Assembly: GCA_001662655.1 (NCBI GenBank)
Contig: KV460251.1
Direction: 5' to 3' (one strand)
Source of the DNA: Pseudogymnoascus verrucosus
Lineage: Eukaryota
DNA length: 64,000 bases
Numbering within the stretch: the first letter of the stretch is position 1; each line of letters starts with the position of its first letter. The position numbers and the translations under genes are program-made. The notes below the pieces were generated by a model. The model had not been told where the DNA came from and ran no database searches. It saw nothing but the letters and a program-made list of their open reading frames with translations. This document shows, one piece after another, positions 1 to 17,355 of this stretch.

Positions 1-2
1 GT

Positions 3-134
3 GCGGGGGTGACGAGGGAGAAGAGCGTGAGGAATCCGGAGGAGTTGAGGAGGAGGGGGAGCGTGGATGAGAGGACTATGACTATGAGTGCCCAGAGGCT
101 GTTTGTGGCGAATCCGGATGAGGATAGTGATTAG
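3..134 (+). CDS. 3' end of a hypothetical fungal protein, truncated by window start
   Basis: Open frame from nt 3: AGVTREKSVRNPEELRRRGSVDERTMTMSAQRLFVANPDEDSD* (TAG 132-134). Protein-like composition; the LFVANPD C-terminus looks familiar from fungal proteins (recall only). Confidence 0.55.
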   Translation, partial: AGVTREKSVRNPEELRRRGSVDERTMTMSAQRLFVANPDEDSD

Positions 135-1300
135 GTGTGGATATACATTAGTTGATTTAGGCGCCCAGGAGGCGTCGGGGAAGAAGTAATGTCGTGGTGG
201 ATGTGGATGGGGGAGTACATATGTGGTTGGGGAGTTGTTTTTATCTGATCGAGAGAGATAGGAGGGGTTGAAATCTAATATGGAAGTTTGAAGACTTACT
301 TTTTGCTGCTTCTGCTGCACTGTACTGTGCCTGTGGCGTTTGAGGTATGGTATACGTGAAGTAGAGGGTATATCACACACCTACACTTCATTAATAACGC
401 TATCAAGATTTATCGGATTCTCCTCTAGCAAACCCCTCCCTGCCTCTCTACTAAGTATAATCTAAGCAAGAATAGAAGGGCGAGATAAAAGAAGAGAAAT
501 ATATTTTCATTTATCTGCGTATGAACGCAAGCTTGTCTTACACATTATAACTATTAAAGAGAACATTACTGTCATTGCTTCCCTCCACTTCTTTTTCCCC
601 TTTTTCCCTTTCCCACCTACTTCCTCTCAGTAGGACTCCCCCAAACCACGTTCTGCTCCCAACCTCCCCCACCTCACCTATACTGGGTAGATCCTGAGGC
701 GCCCGCATGTTCCCAAGGTGATAATATTCGCTAGGAACATTCAAGCTCTACTTCCCATACCGATTCCCGTGCGTACTATCAACTCTCTATCAAGTATCAC
801 GACACTATAGGAATTTAAGGGCTTAGTAGTTCATCGCAAAGATCCGTGAGGCCGGCCCAATCTAGATCTTATAGATCATTCAAAATCCGTGCCACACACT
901 GCAAAACAACACATACCTTATTTTTTCTTATCTTTAGGTTTAATAACTATTCTTTTCGTGCTTATATACCAAGTTAGTTCTCATATTATAGGAACATGAC
1001 AGCGTTTTGCGTGTACAGTAAGTATTTGTTGCGACGTTCGGCTGCCATGCATGCACTTGTCATTGGCTGCAACAAGGTGGCTTGCAAATACNNNNNNNNN
1101 NNNNNNNNNNNNNNNNNNNNNNNNNNNNNNNNNNNNNNNNNNNNNNNNNNNNNNNNNNNNNNNNNNNNNNNNNNNNNNNNNNNNNNNNNNNNNNNNNNNN
1201 NNNNNNNNNNNNNNNNNNNNNNNNNNNNNNNNNNNNNNNNNNNNNNNNNNNNNNNNNNNNNNNNNNNNNNNNNNNNNNNNNNNNNNNNNNNNNNNNNNNT

Positions 1301-2889
1301 GAAGAATGGATGGATACCGATGTGGACGAGCCGCATCACCAGCTGGTCATGGATTTGGACGCTTCGGTGACCTGTTGCAGGATGCTGGTTCGGAGGATCG
1401 ATTCCGAAGTTGAGGATCTTCAGCAGAAGAGTGGGACGGGACTGGATGCTCAGAGTAAGATTAAGTTATTAATGAAGAATGGGACCTTAGAGGAATTGCA
1501 GAAGATGGTTGATCGCCAAACGGGTGCTTTGACCCTTCTTCTTACCGTCTGCAACTGGTTAGTAGAAGAAGTTCCTTGCCCTTACTCACGCAGCAGGCTA
1601 ATGTTTTGTGTAGCAAAGCCATCGGAGAGCAGAAGGTGGTGCTTGAGAAAACCTCTACCCGCAGGGTAATCAAACGAATCAAGGACGATGCCTCGTCGCT
1701 GTACGTCCAGCGCGACTCCATGTCCATGTACAGTCGCTGCACGGACAACCTCTCCAAAATCTCCAAGATGTTCGAGTTTGACCGCGAGCTCTTCGTCTCG
1801 AAGGTGTATGAAAAGGCTCTCCGGGGTTCCTTGAAAGACACCGTCGAAAACATGCGCCAGAAACAGCAGCGGTCTGATGTGAGGGTCTCCCGAGAGGAAA
1901 GGGTAAGGGATATGATTATTGAGCGTGAACTTAAAGAGCATGCTTTGAAGATGAGACAAGAGGCTAGGGTCGTTCTCCTAGGAGAGAGCGATTGTGTGCA
2001 GGGTTTCATTAAGAATATGAAGATCAAGCACGCAGATGGCTTCACCGATGATGATCGTAGGATGTATAAAGAGGTAGTAATGAAGTATATGATGCGTGTG
2101 ATGGAGAGTATGGTCTTGGTACAGAAGAATGGGGATATTGGCCTAGATAATACAGCCAAGATACAAGCTAAACTTCTCTCCCAGGAGATTGAGGCGATCC
2201 GAGCTGGTGGTGGCAAAATCACTCTCGAGGGCGCGGGTGCAGTCCAAGGTCTATGGAAAGATATTTTAAAAAGGGATTTAAATTATGAAGCATATATACC
2301 AGAGTCGCCCTCATAGTAAGTTTAGTTAGTCATTTGACGGATGAGTTCATACTGACCACCGAACAAATAGTTTCATCGAGGAGATCCGAAGGATTGCACA
2401 GAAAGACTACCTNNNNNNNNNNNNNNNNNNNNNNNNNNNNNNNNNGGGCGGGCAAAGTGGATCCATCAATTCGAAACCTGCATCAGCATTATCTTTTTTG
2501 TAGACATGAGCCAATACGACGAACATCCTCCCGGAGAACCAAACCAGAACAAACTCACAGAGAGTCTTCTCTTCTTCGATTCCGTGATAAACTCTCACTG
2601 GTTCGTCCACCACACCTCCATCATCCTCCTTCTTTGCAATTTTGGGCGTTTCAAGGAAAAATTACAGAGCAGACCGCTAGAGGATTACTTCCCAGATTAT
2701 TCGTCTGGAAACGACTTCAACAGAGCGGCCAAGTACATTCTATGGCGCTTCAATCAGCGCAACCGCGCACACGTGAATCTTTACCCGCATCTTTGTAATC
2801 GTTCTGATGACTACATGAACCACATCATATGGTCGGCGGTGAAGGAAACTATCCTACAGAATCGTTTAAAAGATGCGGGCGAAATATGA
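1301..2889 (+). CDS. Atypical G-protein alpha-like protein with N-terminal helical (HeLo-like/STAND N-terminal) domain; start codon probably in N-gap 1092-1299
   Basis: Introns 1558-1613 and 2316-2370 (GT..AG with branch sites) join the exons in frame. Galpha-like segments: [135 protein letters not shown]. Second gap 2413-2446 hides the switch regions. Confidence 0.85.
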
Positions 2890-3734
2890 TTCATGATAGA
2901 GGAAAGCACAGAATGTTAAACGTTTTGAATCTAAGACGAGCGTGTTTCTGTTTCCTGTTAAGTCAAATGGGACTGCACAATTTTGTGAGGCATATAGTGT
3001 ATATTCATAGATGTTGTACCATAGCACCGAATAAGCAGCGGGGTTCAAATCTAACTATAATTCCTTTGCTAACTATGGCATCTTTGGCTCTCGACGATTA
3101 ACAAAGCCTTATGCCCAATCTTCCAAGCTAAAGCTATCCACACATATTCACTTGTCTTCAATTAGCAACTCGTAGCGACAATCGTCTAGAAGGGGGGAAA
3201 AAAGAAAATTCACCTACAGAGAGACCATGTTGAACCATTATATAAATTAGCTTCATTACATACTAAATCTGTAATATTTATTTCATTTTTTTTTTATCTA
3301 TTTCAAACCACAAATCTATAAAATTATTTATCTAACTCACTTAATAGGCCATGGCAATTTCACATCCTGCTATACACCCGAGAAATCCCCATCCTGCTCA
3401 CCCTCACTTCACCCCTTAAGGCGATAAGGNNNNNNNNNNNNNNNNNNNNNNNNNNNNNNNNNNNNNNNNNNNNNNNNNNNNNNNTCTTGAGTATATGGTC
3501 GTATGTGGGTGTTGTGGGGAGGGTACGGATTATATGGTGGTGCTTGACTGACGGGGAGGATATGAGAGCCAATGCTTCTCCTTTTATAGTGCTGTAAACT
3601 ATAAACCTCCATACCAACCAATCTGTCTGTTTACTTGCAACCCCACCACGTCCGCGCGATGCTAAACGTATTACCACCAACAAAAGGCCCCAATACCCAT
3701 TGACATCATCCAACCCCCTACCAGTCCCTCTCAA

Positions 3735-4986
3735 TCAAACACTCTCCCGCTTCGCAACAATCTGCCTCAACCTCGCCAACCCAAACATCGAAGGGAAGAT
3801 ATAATCCTACACATCATCAGCAGACATTCCCAACCGGAGCGACACGCTCATGCAACTCACCCAAAAACCAGATGAGCCACGAGCGATTGCCCTGCCACAC
3901 CCAGTTCGGGGGGTTGGTCTTTAAGACCTCGTGTGCGACGCTGGCGGAGTAGGCTTTGGTGGGCATTGCGCCCTCTGCTGGTTGTTAGCTTCCTATATCA
4001 ACACCCCTCCCCCGTCCACTCCCCTCCCCCGCAGTCCTAAGAAAACAGAACCAGAAAAGGACAACAAATAGAGAGATAGAGCGGAAACTCACCCTGCGAA
4101 TGCTTAACCCTCCTCAAATACTCCGTATTAATAGGCAAATACAGACTGTCCTCCCCCAACGTCCTATCCGTCCTCGCGATCCTACTCTGTACTCCCCCCG
4201 TCACCACCAGAATCACGCGTACCCCAAACGGCGCGAGTTCAAGGCGGAGAGTGTTGGAGTAAGCTTGCAGAGCGCCCTTGGTGGCGTTGTAGACGGCGCC
4301 GAAGACGTAGGGCGTCACGGCGGTGATGGAGCCGATATTGACGATTTTACCCTTTGCAGCGATTATTAGGGGGGAGAGCTCTCGAATGATGGCTATGACG
4401 GAGAAAATATTGGTCTCAAAGGTAGACTGGATATCTTCATCAGACACCTCGATAGCGGGGACTGTGCAGTCTGGCGAAAATGGTAAGTAAGTAAAAGTCA
4501 CAAGATCCACAACCCACCACATCCCCCCCTCTAGGTAGAGACAACGAGAATATAACTTACTCTTTCCCCTGTTTAGTGGGTTAGAACCAGATCACCGTGC
4601 ACGTGGAAAACGTGTATAGTCGGGGAAAAAGGGGGACTCACGCATTATTAACCAGCACATCCAACCTCCCACCCGCAACCCTCTCCAGCTCCTCCCTCAC
4701 CCTCACCCGATCCGCCTGGGACGTGACATCAAACGAAAGCGTCTCAATCCCCAGTTCCTCCAAATCCTTTAACGCTGCCTTATTCCGCGCCGTGGCGAAG
4801 ACGCGGAGGCCTAGGGGTGTGAACACATATTAGCAGTTGGTTGACAGTGACGTCGGGCGGCTGGATTGGGATGGCGGGCGGGGGGGGGGGGGCAGTACCA
4901 GCATTATGAAAGTCCAACGCGAGAGCATGTCCAATCCCCCCCGGCGCACACCCCGTAATCAACACAGTCTTGCGCGTATCCGCCAT
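3735..4986 (-). CDS. AYR1: Short-chain dehydrogenase, AYR1-like NADPH-dependent 1-acyl-DHAP reductase
   Basis: VLITGCAPGGIGHALA Rossmann motif, LDVLVNNAGKNCTVPA (assembled over a micro-exon), YNATK catalytic YxxxK, LRLELAPFGVRV. Multi-intron; stop TGA at 3735-3737. Confidence 0.85.
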
Positions 4987-5795
4987 TTTGCTTCTTTAAA
5001 AATTAAATGTAGAATTAAGGTAAAATACGCCCCGCGAAACTGGGCTGGGCTAGGCTGGACTTTTATGGATGGTCTCAAAAAACTTACCGAGGCGGTTCAG
5101 CGTTGTCACGAGGGGATGGATGACGCTAGCGCAGGTACCTAATACGAAATGTCGAATTAACTTTACTCTGGTACGAGATAGGAAATAAGGTCTCACTCAG
5201 CAAAACTTACAATACGAAAAAAATATATATAAAATGATAAAATACGAACACAGTAAAAGCATCTCTTTCTATGTAAAAATCTAACAGTACACTCTCTTCC
5301 CCCACCCCCACCAAAAAAAAGCCAGCTAAGCCAAGCCAGTAAGCCGCATAGCATACCGTAGCAATTACTCTAAACTCCCCATCCTCAGCCATGCCACAGA
5401 CAGCAGCGAGCAAGAACAAATACAATCACCCAGCCCCTTTTCCACCCACCTCCCACCGTCCCATCCTAATTATGCCACCCCCACCCCAAACCCCCCAGCG
5501 GGCCCCCAAAAAAAGAACTCCAAAAAAACATCAACTCCCCCCAAATTTAAAACTCAAAAGCCAACCCAGCCAGCCAGCCCAAAGCGACGACAAAAGGAAA
5601 CCAGGGCGGGAAGTAAGACACCCCTTTGCCCATAATTACACGTCTCCTCCACATACACCCCCCAAAAAGAGGGAACTCACTCATCCCAACCCCCGTCCTC
5701 CCCAAACATCGTCATATCCCTCAACAACTCCCCCGCCTCCCCCCCACCCGCCTCCTCCTTCGCCCTCTTTTCCCCTCCGTCTTCATCCGCATTCG

Positions 5796-11184
<5,389 letters not shown>

Positions 11185-11831
11185 CTATATCGACGGCATT
11201 GGAGCGTTTCGCATGAGAGGGTGAGGGTTGTTGGGTGGGTGTGGGCGAGGTGGTTTTCTGGCTCAGGGCCTGGGGAGGTGAGTCTCAGAGGTGCGTGCCG
11301 AGCGAGAGCACGAATGGGAAACGGATTTCGAGTATAAGGCGGGATGAGTGGTACCGTAGACGAGTACTAGTACATAAATTATACAGGTGGAGTAAGAAAT
11401 AGAGATGATGCCATGAGAATTAAGCAGTCGAGCAGAAAGAGAGTGGGGGTTATGGTCGACAGTGGTGGAATGGCAGTTGGAGTTGTAAGTGGTATGGGGA
11501 GTAAGTATAGGACGATGGGAAGGAAGGTGGGATTGGAGAAAGTGAGGAAGTTGGGTGGTAAGGTGGTAAAGGTGGTAAAGGGTGGTAAGGTGTGTGGTTG
11601 TCTTGTCTGGGGGGGGCGTACCCGTAGAAGCGGTAGAGGATAGAGGATGGAAGTAGTGGTACATGGGGTAGTATGGGAATATTGGGTGGTTTTGGTGGAG
11701 AGTGGTTGTACCATGAAGTATATATGGGGTGGTATTTGTGGTATATGTGGTTTGGGTGGAGTTGTGTTTTCACTGGTTAGTGAGAGGGAGGAGAGGGAGG
11801 AGAGGGAGAGGAGGCAGAGGCTTTGTGGCTT

Positions 11832-12160
11832 TAGGCAAGGTTAGAGGTTGGGGTTAGAGGTTAGAGGTTAGAGGTCAGAGTACTGTATTATGCTCTGTTA
11901 TGTTCTAGTCTAATTAGATGTTGGGGGGTTAGAGTACTCTATTATACTCTGCCATGTTCTACTCTAACCCTCTATTATACTCTACTCTGTTCTACTCTAA
12001 CCTTCTATAGAGTAAGAAACAACCTGGGGTTCTGATTGACTAGGTATGACTTGGTAAGATGAGGAGAGGTAGAGGAAGATAGGGTATGGATGGGAGTAAG
12101 GATAGAGTAAGGATAGAGTAAGGATAGACTATGGGTGGGAAGTAAGGATAGAGTATGGGT
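11832..12160. repeat. Short tandem repeats in the KDM5 upstream region
   Basis: (GGTTAGA)n at ~11839-11880, repeated TACTCT/CTCTA units at 11934-12007, and 11-mer GTAAGGATAGA x3 at ~12096-12128 with a further copy at ~12142. Confidence 0.7.
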
Positions 12161-13879
12161 GGGATGGGAGTACTGTGGCATATGTATGGGGAAGATATAG
12201 TACTGTGAGTGGCATATGTATGGTGTATGAGTGTGAAGAAGAGCATGAGGAAGATATAATACTGTGGCATATATATGTATGGAGTTGAAGTACATGCACA
12301 GAAGTAGAAAATATAGCAGAACATATCAAACCACCACATCAACCCCCATCACCAAACTATCAAAAGTTAAACAAGGTACATAACCCACAAGTACCCCATC
12401 CATCCCATCAACTCTGAAGAAGAAAAAGAGACGTGGGGGAAGAACAAAGATGTCGATACGCCCCTACAGTACTACAGTACTACCAACCAACAGCAGAGTA
12501 CTACCAACAGCAGAGTACCTACCTCTAGTACCACCATACCCAAATGCAACCGGCGTGTCTCTCCCCGTCTCTTTCCCCCATCCCTTCCCTCGTCTGTCGG
12601 GATGCGTTTTTTAGAGTCGTCGGAGGCGCCGTACAGTAGTACTACAAACCTGCATCAGTACTTGGTTGACGGTCGGTAGTGGGTTAAATAAAAACCCACA
12701 TATGAAAGTACCAGACATAGGCAGAATATGGGCCGCTTGTGGGTTAGCGCGGGTGGTGTTCCCGTAGAAAAAGGATGAGGAGCAGGTGATGGAGTGGGAT
12801 TTTATACTGTGCTCATGCTCATGCTCATGCACGTGCTTGTGCTTGTGCTTATAGTGATGCTAATATTAATACTAATAAGTTACTGCGATATATATATATA
12901 TATATAGAAAAACGAAGGAATGGGGATTGTAGTGGCTGTGCATATTTTAACGCAGTTCCTAAGTCATGATCGCGATTGAAGATTTGGGGGCGTGCATGTA
13001 AAGGCATGGCGTGTATGTAAAGTAACCTAGACCATGTACACCCAACACAGCAGTCAAGCCTCGTCCCTCCAACAGATCATCAAGCCTAGACGACCTCACC
13101 TCATCTTCCTCTCTACCATCCGACACCTTCCTATAAACCATACTTCGCCTACTAAACACCTATATAAAAATCCATAAATAACCTACATACAGCACACATA
13201 CACCCCCCATCATCCTCCCTTCCACTCAACCCTACGCCGTACAGATCCTCGCCCGCCCATCCCCCAATTTAGCATTTTCCTAGCGCCATCGTCACCCTCG
13301 GCTAGCAACCAATCACACACCCCCCATCCCTCTTTAGCGAGCACTGACGTCCAATAACGCGCATACATGCCTGTCTGGTTCCTGCTGTGTGCCTGGGTCG
13401 TCGGTACTTGGACGCGTGTACTTCTGCCATAACCCAGATTTGCAGTGGTGCGTAAGTACCACCTTCGATCGTGTGCGCTGGGGGATTGTCCATGTGAAGG
13501 AGCAGCGAGGCCCGCCTTTTGTTGTACGGTACGGCAGAGATGGCGGTAGGGACGGTACTGTAGAGGCGGTACGGAGGGATATGCATAAATCCCGCATACC
13601 GTATTTGATTACACTACACATAGATAGCCACGTACATACAGCGGCATATCACTCCGCATACGCATACATACGCATCCTCAGCGCAAAGATTACCCGCGCC
13701 TCCCGCCAACATCAGCCTACCTACCTCAGCCTTCTGCTTCTGCATCTATCCACCGGCATCCCGATCACCAACAACCGCCCCCACCTCACCCTCCCCCCTT
13801 TCCCCCCATCCTCCCTCCTCAGCCCCAAACGTCCCCTCCATCACCCTCCCCCTCCTCTCCACCCCCCCAAACACAAAAA

Positions 13880-15117
13880 ATGCCACCCCCCCCAATCCCC
13901 CCCCTCTACACAGTCTACCTCCTGCGCTCCCTCCCCCTCCCACACTCCGTCTACATCGGCTCCACGCCCCTTCCCTCGCGGCGTCTGCGTCAACACAACG
14001 GTCTCGTAGTAGGGGGAGCGAGTAGGACGGCCAGAGCGAGCCATAGACCCTGGGAGATGCCGGTGTTGGTTGTTGGGTTTCCGAGTCAAGTTGGGGCGTT
14101 GCAGTTTGAGTGAGTGAAGTCTGCCTTCCTATCTTTCATCCCCTTCTATCCTTCCTTGTCGTGTCAATTGTTGTTGAGAAGGGGCCGGGGGGGGGTCACG
14201 TGCGCCCCTATCTACTGTCTAGAGGGTGTGGGAAGGAGAGCAGGGGGGAAGAAAATTGAATAGAAGGTTGAATAGAGGCTAATGATAATAGATGGGCATG
14301 GCAACACCCAACTCTCTCTACACACCTCTCTCCTCCCTCAACCACCTCATCCACCACCCAACCAACCACTACCACCACCGCCCCTCCTCGCCCCCGCGCC
14401 AGAAGACCCCGACTCACCCTCCCCTCCTCCCTCAAATCCCTCCACCACCTCCTCTCATCCCCCTCTTTCTCTCGCTGGCCCCTACGATTACATTTCCAGA
14501 GTGAGGAGGTTTATGCTGCCTGGTTGAAGGCTTCTGGTTCTGCTTCTTCTGGGGCTAATGGGTTGGGAGGGGGAGGAGAAGGAAGGGGGAGAGAGGTGGA
14601 GGTGGTGAAGGATTTCGATAGTGCCGTTTTCCAGGAGTTGGGAAAGGTGTCGAAGGTGGGGAAAGGGGGGAAGGCGAAAGCGAAGGAACAGCAAGATGAG
14701 GTGGAGGAGGTAGAGAAGGAGGTGCTGGGACTGGGTAACTGCGCGGCTTGTGGGCAGGGTGGTGGGATTATGGCGGTTTGTGGGGATGAGGAGTGTGGAG
14801 TTGCTACGCATATTACCTGTCTTGCGAAACACGGACTACGAGACGAAGCTGGGAAAAGTGGAAAGGGACAGATTCTACCACTCTCATCGAAATGTCCGCG
14901 GTGTAGGGGGGAGATGGGGTGGAGTGATGTAGCTGGTGGCGTCACAGGGCGAATCAGGGGAAAGGGCGCGAAGGGGGTTGGAGGTGCAGTGGCAAGTGCG
15001 GGTGTTGTGGGGAGTGCGGATGTTGTAGAGAATGGAAGTGGGAGTGCGAGTGGGAGCGGGGTCGAGAGCGGGAGTGAGAGTGAAGTGGATTCTTGGGCTG
15101 GGGTTGTGGAGTTGTGA
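13880..15117 (+). CDS. SLX1: Structure-specific endonuclease subunit SLX1 (GIY-YIG plus C-terminal RING/PHD-type finger)
   Basis: [45 protein letters not shown] across intron 14110-14291. Exon 2 is in frame with CAAC..C...C...HITCLA..CPRC; stop at 15115-15117. Confidence 0.92.
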
Positions 15118-15654
15118 GTGACTACCTGGGAGAAACTGAGGCGTGGGATTGGGGATGGAGTTCAGGCTACGAATACGGATACGGGAACTAAATGGATGGA
15201 TGGATAGTGCATATGATACCCTGGGTTAATTTAATGGAGTTTCTTTCCTCTCTCTTGACATTGATTTGCATTGCATTTACTACTAACTGCATAATCGCAT
15301 CTGCTATCTGAAAAAGTGGTTGGTATACACTCCCCGCCCGCCTCCCGCACGTAGATATCAAAACAAAAGACCTCCCAGTCGACCTCCCCCTCGCTGGCAT
15401 GGCTTAAACTCCTTTTTGGTGGCAATCTGAAATTCTATGCGACGGAGGTGGTGTTAGTAATCGTCCATCAAAAAATCCATAAAAAAGGGGCGGAGAAAAA
15501 GCTGCGGTTGGACTCACTTTTTGGAAATTATTCCCCTTCCTCCGCGCCCATTGTGCCCTGATGGCTTTCCTCGACTCTGCTTATTTTCTCGGATTCAGAT
15601 GACGCGTGTACGTGCTCTCCTTCAACTCATGGTATTATGACGTTATTGGGCCAT

Positions 15655-17030
15655 TTAAGAGAGGAGATCTGCGACGTTCATTGGCATCTCGTCGATCTGG
15701 GTGGAGTAGTACACTAGTTGATGTTAGAACCGGCCCATTTTTCGGAACACAGCAACACAGGGGCGATGACTTACACTCAATATCCCTCAAAATCCTCACA
15801 TCCTCACTCGTCACAAAGTTAATCGCCACACCCTTGCGTCCAAACCTCCCACTCCTACCAATCCTATGAATGTAATTCTCACGATTACTCGGCAGATCAT
15901 AATTAATCACCAAGCTAACCTGCTGGACATCGATTCCCCTAGCCCACACATCCGTCGAGATAAGCACGCGACTATTCCCCTGTCTGAAATCCTGCATAAT
16001 GCTATCCCGCTCCTTCTGCGGCATCTCTCCATGCATGCTCGACACCGTGAAGTTGGCCTCACGCATCTTATCAGTCAGCCAGTCCACCTTGCGACGGGTG
16101 TTGCAGAAGATGACGGCTTGCGTGATGGTCAGCGTGTCGTAGAGGTCGCAGAGGGTGTCGAATTTCCACTCCTCCTTCTCGACGGCGATGAAGTACTGCT
16201 TAAGTCCCTCGAGGGTCAGCTCGTCGCGCTTGACGAGGATGCGGACGGGGTCGGTCATGAACTTCGTCGTCATGTCGAGGACGTCGTAGGGGAGCGTGGC
16301 GGAGACGACGACAACTTGCGTCGCGGGGGGAAGGTAGCGGTATACATCGTAAATCTGCTCGCGGAATCCGCGGTTGAGCAGCTCATCCGCTTCATCAAGC
16401 ACCAACATCTTGATATGGCGCGTGCGCAAGTTACGGCGACGGATCATATCCGCCACACGCCCCGGCGTCCCACTAACAATATGCTGTCCATAATCCAACT
16501 TCCTGATATCCTCTCCCACATTCGTCCCACCAATACAAGCATGGCACTGCACATTCATGTAGTCCCCCAGCGCCATAACGACAGACTGGATCTGCGTGGC
16601 GAGTTCGCGGGTCGGCGAGAGCACGAGGGCCTGCGACTCGCGCACCGCGGTGTCGATGACTTGAAGCATGCTGATGGAGAAGGTGGCTGTTTTACCGGTT
16701 CCGGATTGTGCTTGCGCGATGGTGTCGCGGCCTTTGCAGATTTGAACGATGGCGCGCGATTGCACGGCTGAGGGAGATTCGTAGCCGTACGCGTAGATGC
16801 CGCGGAGGAGGTTCTCCTTGAGGGACATGGACTCGAAAGTTGGAGCTGGGGCAAACGATGTTAGCATAGGCCTTTTATTAAGCTTTGTCGCATCGATCCA
16901 GGGCGAGTGAGGTCGATTTCTCTCCACCTGGCGCGATGGGGAGAGGCTCAGCCTTACCGATTTCCACCTCCTTCGAGGTCGTAAACTCCATTCTCTCCTC
17001 CATCTTGCGGTCGATTCCTCCGTCTGCCAT
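15655..17030 (-). CDS. FAL1: DEAD-box RNA helicase eIF4A-III / FAL1
   Basis: [32 protein letters not shown]-terminal [16 protein letters not shown]. Introns 16846-16957 and 15714-15774. Confidence 0.96.
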
Positions 17031-17355
17031 GATGAACGATTTCCGACCTTGAAATTGTAGTGGGTGAGGTGTTTGTGAGGTCCGGAGGGCGGATTGTTGT
17101 GGTGAGGCCAAAAAGTGTTGTCGTCAAAATTCGTGCCGGGGTGTGGTTGTCGTTCGCGCAAGGCGGAGAAATAGTTAGCGCAGGCTGAGGAAATCTCCCA
17201 TGGCGCGGTCACACGTCTCCGAATTTGGCCACTATCAACACATTCTACCTTGCAGTATTGTTTTCGCCACGCCGGACGGGATTTATTTGTTTATAATTGA
17301 AGCATATTATTGCCAATTATACAGTTGAGCTAGGGAACAGTCTTGCGCCGCCATA

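Noticed and set aside
986..1370. ORFs spanning the N-run
   Set aside because: Artefacts of the assembly gap; only the frame continuing into EEWMDTD is supported.
11832..11880. Interstitial telomere repeat
   Set aside because: The unit is GGTTAGA, not TTAGGG, and there are only ~5 imperfect copies.
15635..17212. 525-aa FAL1 ORF with N- and C-terminal extensions as listed in the ORF track
   Set aside because: Read-through of introns; the spliced model 17030-15655 gives canonical eIF4A-III termini.
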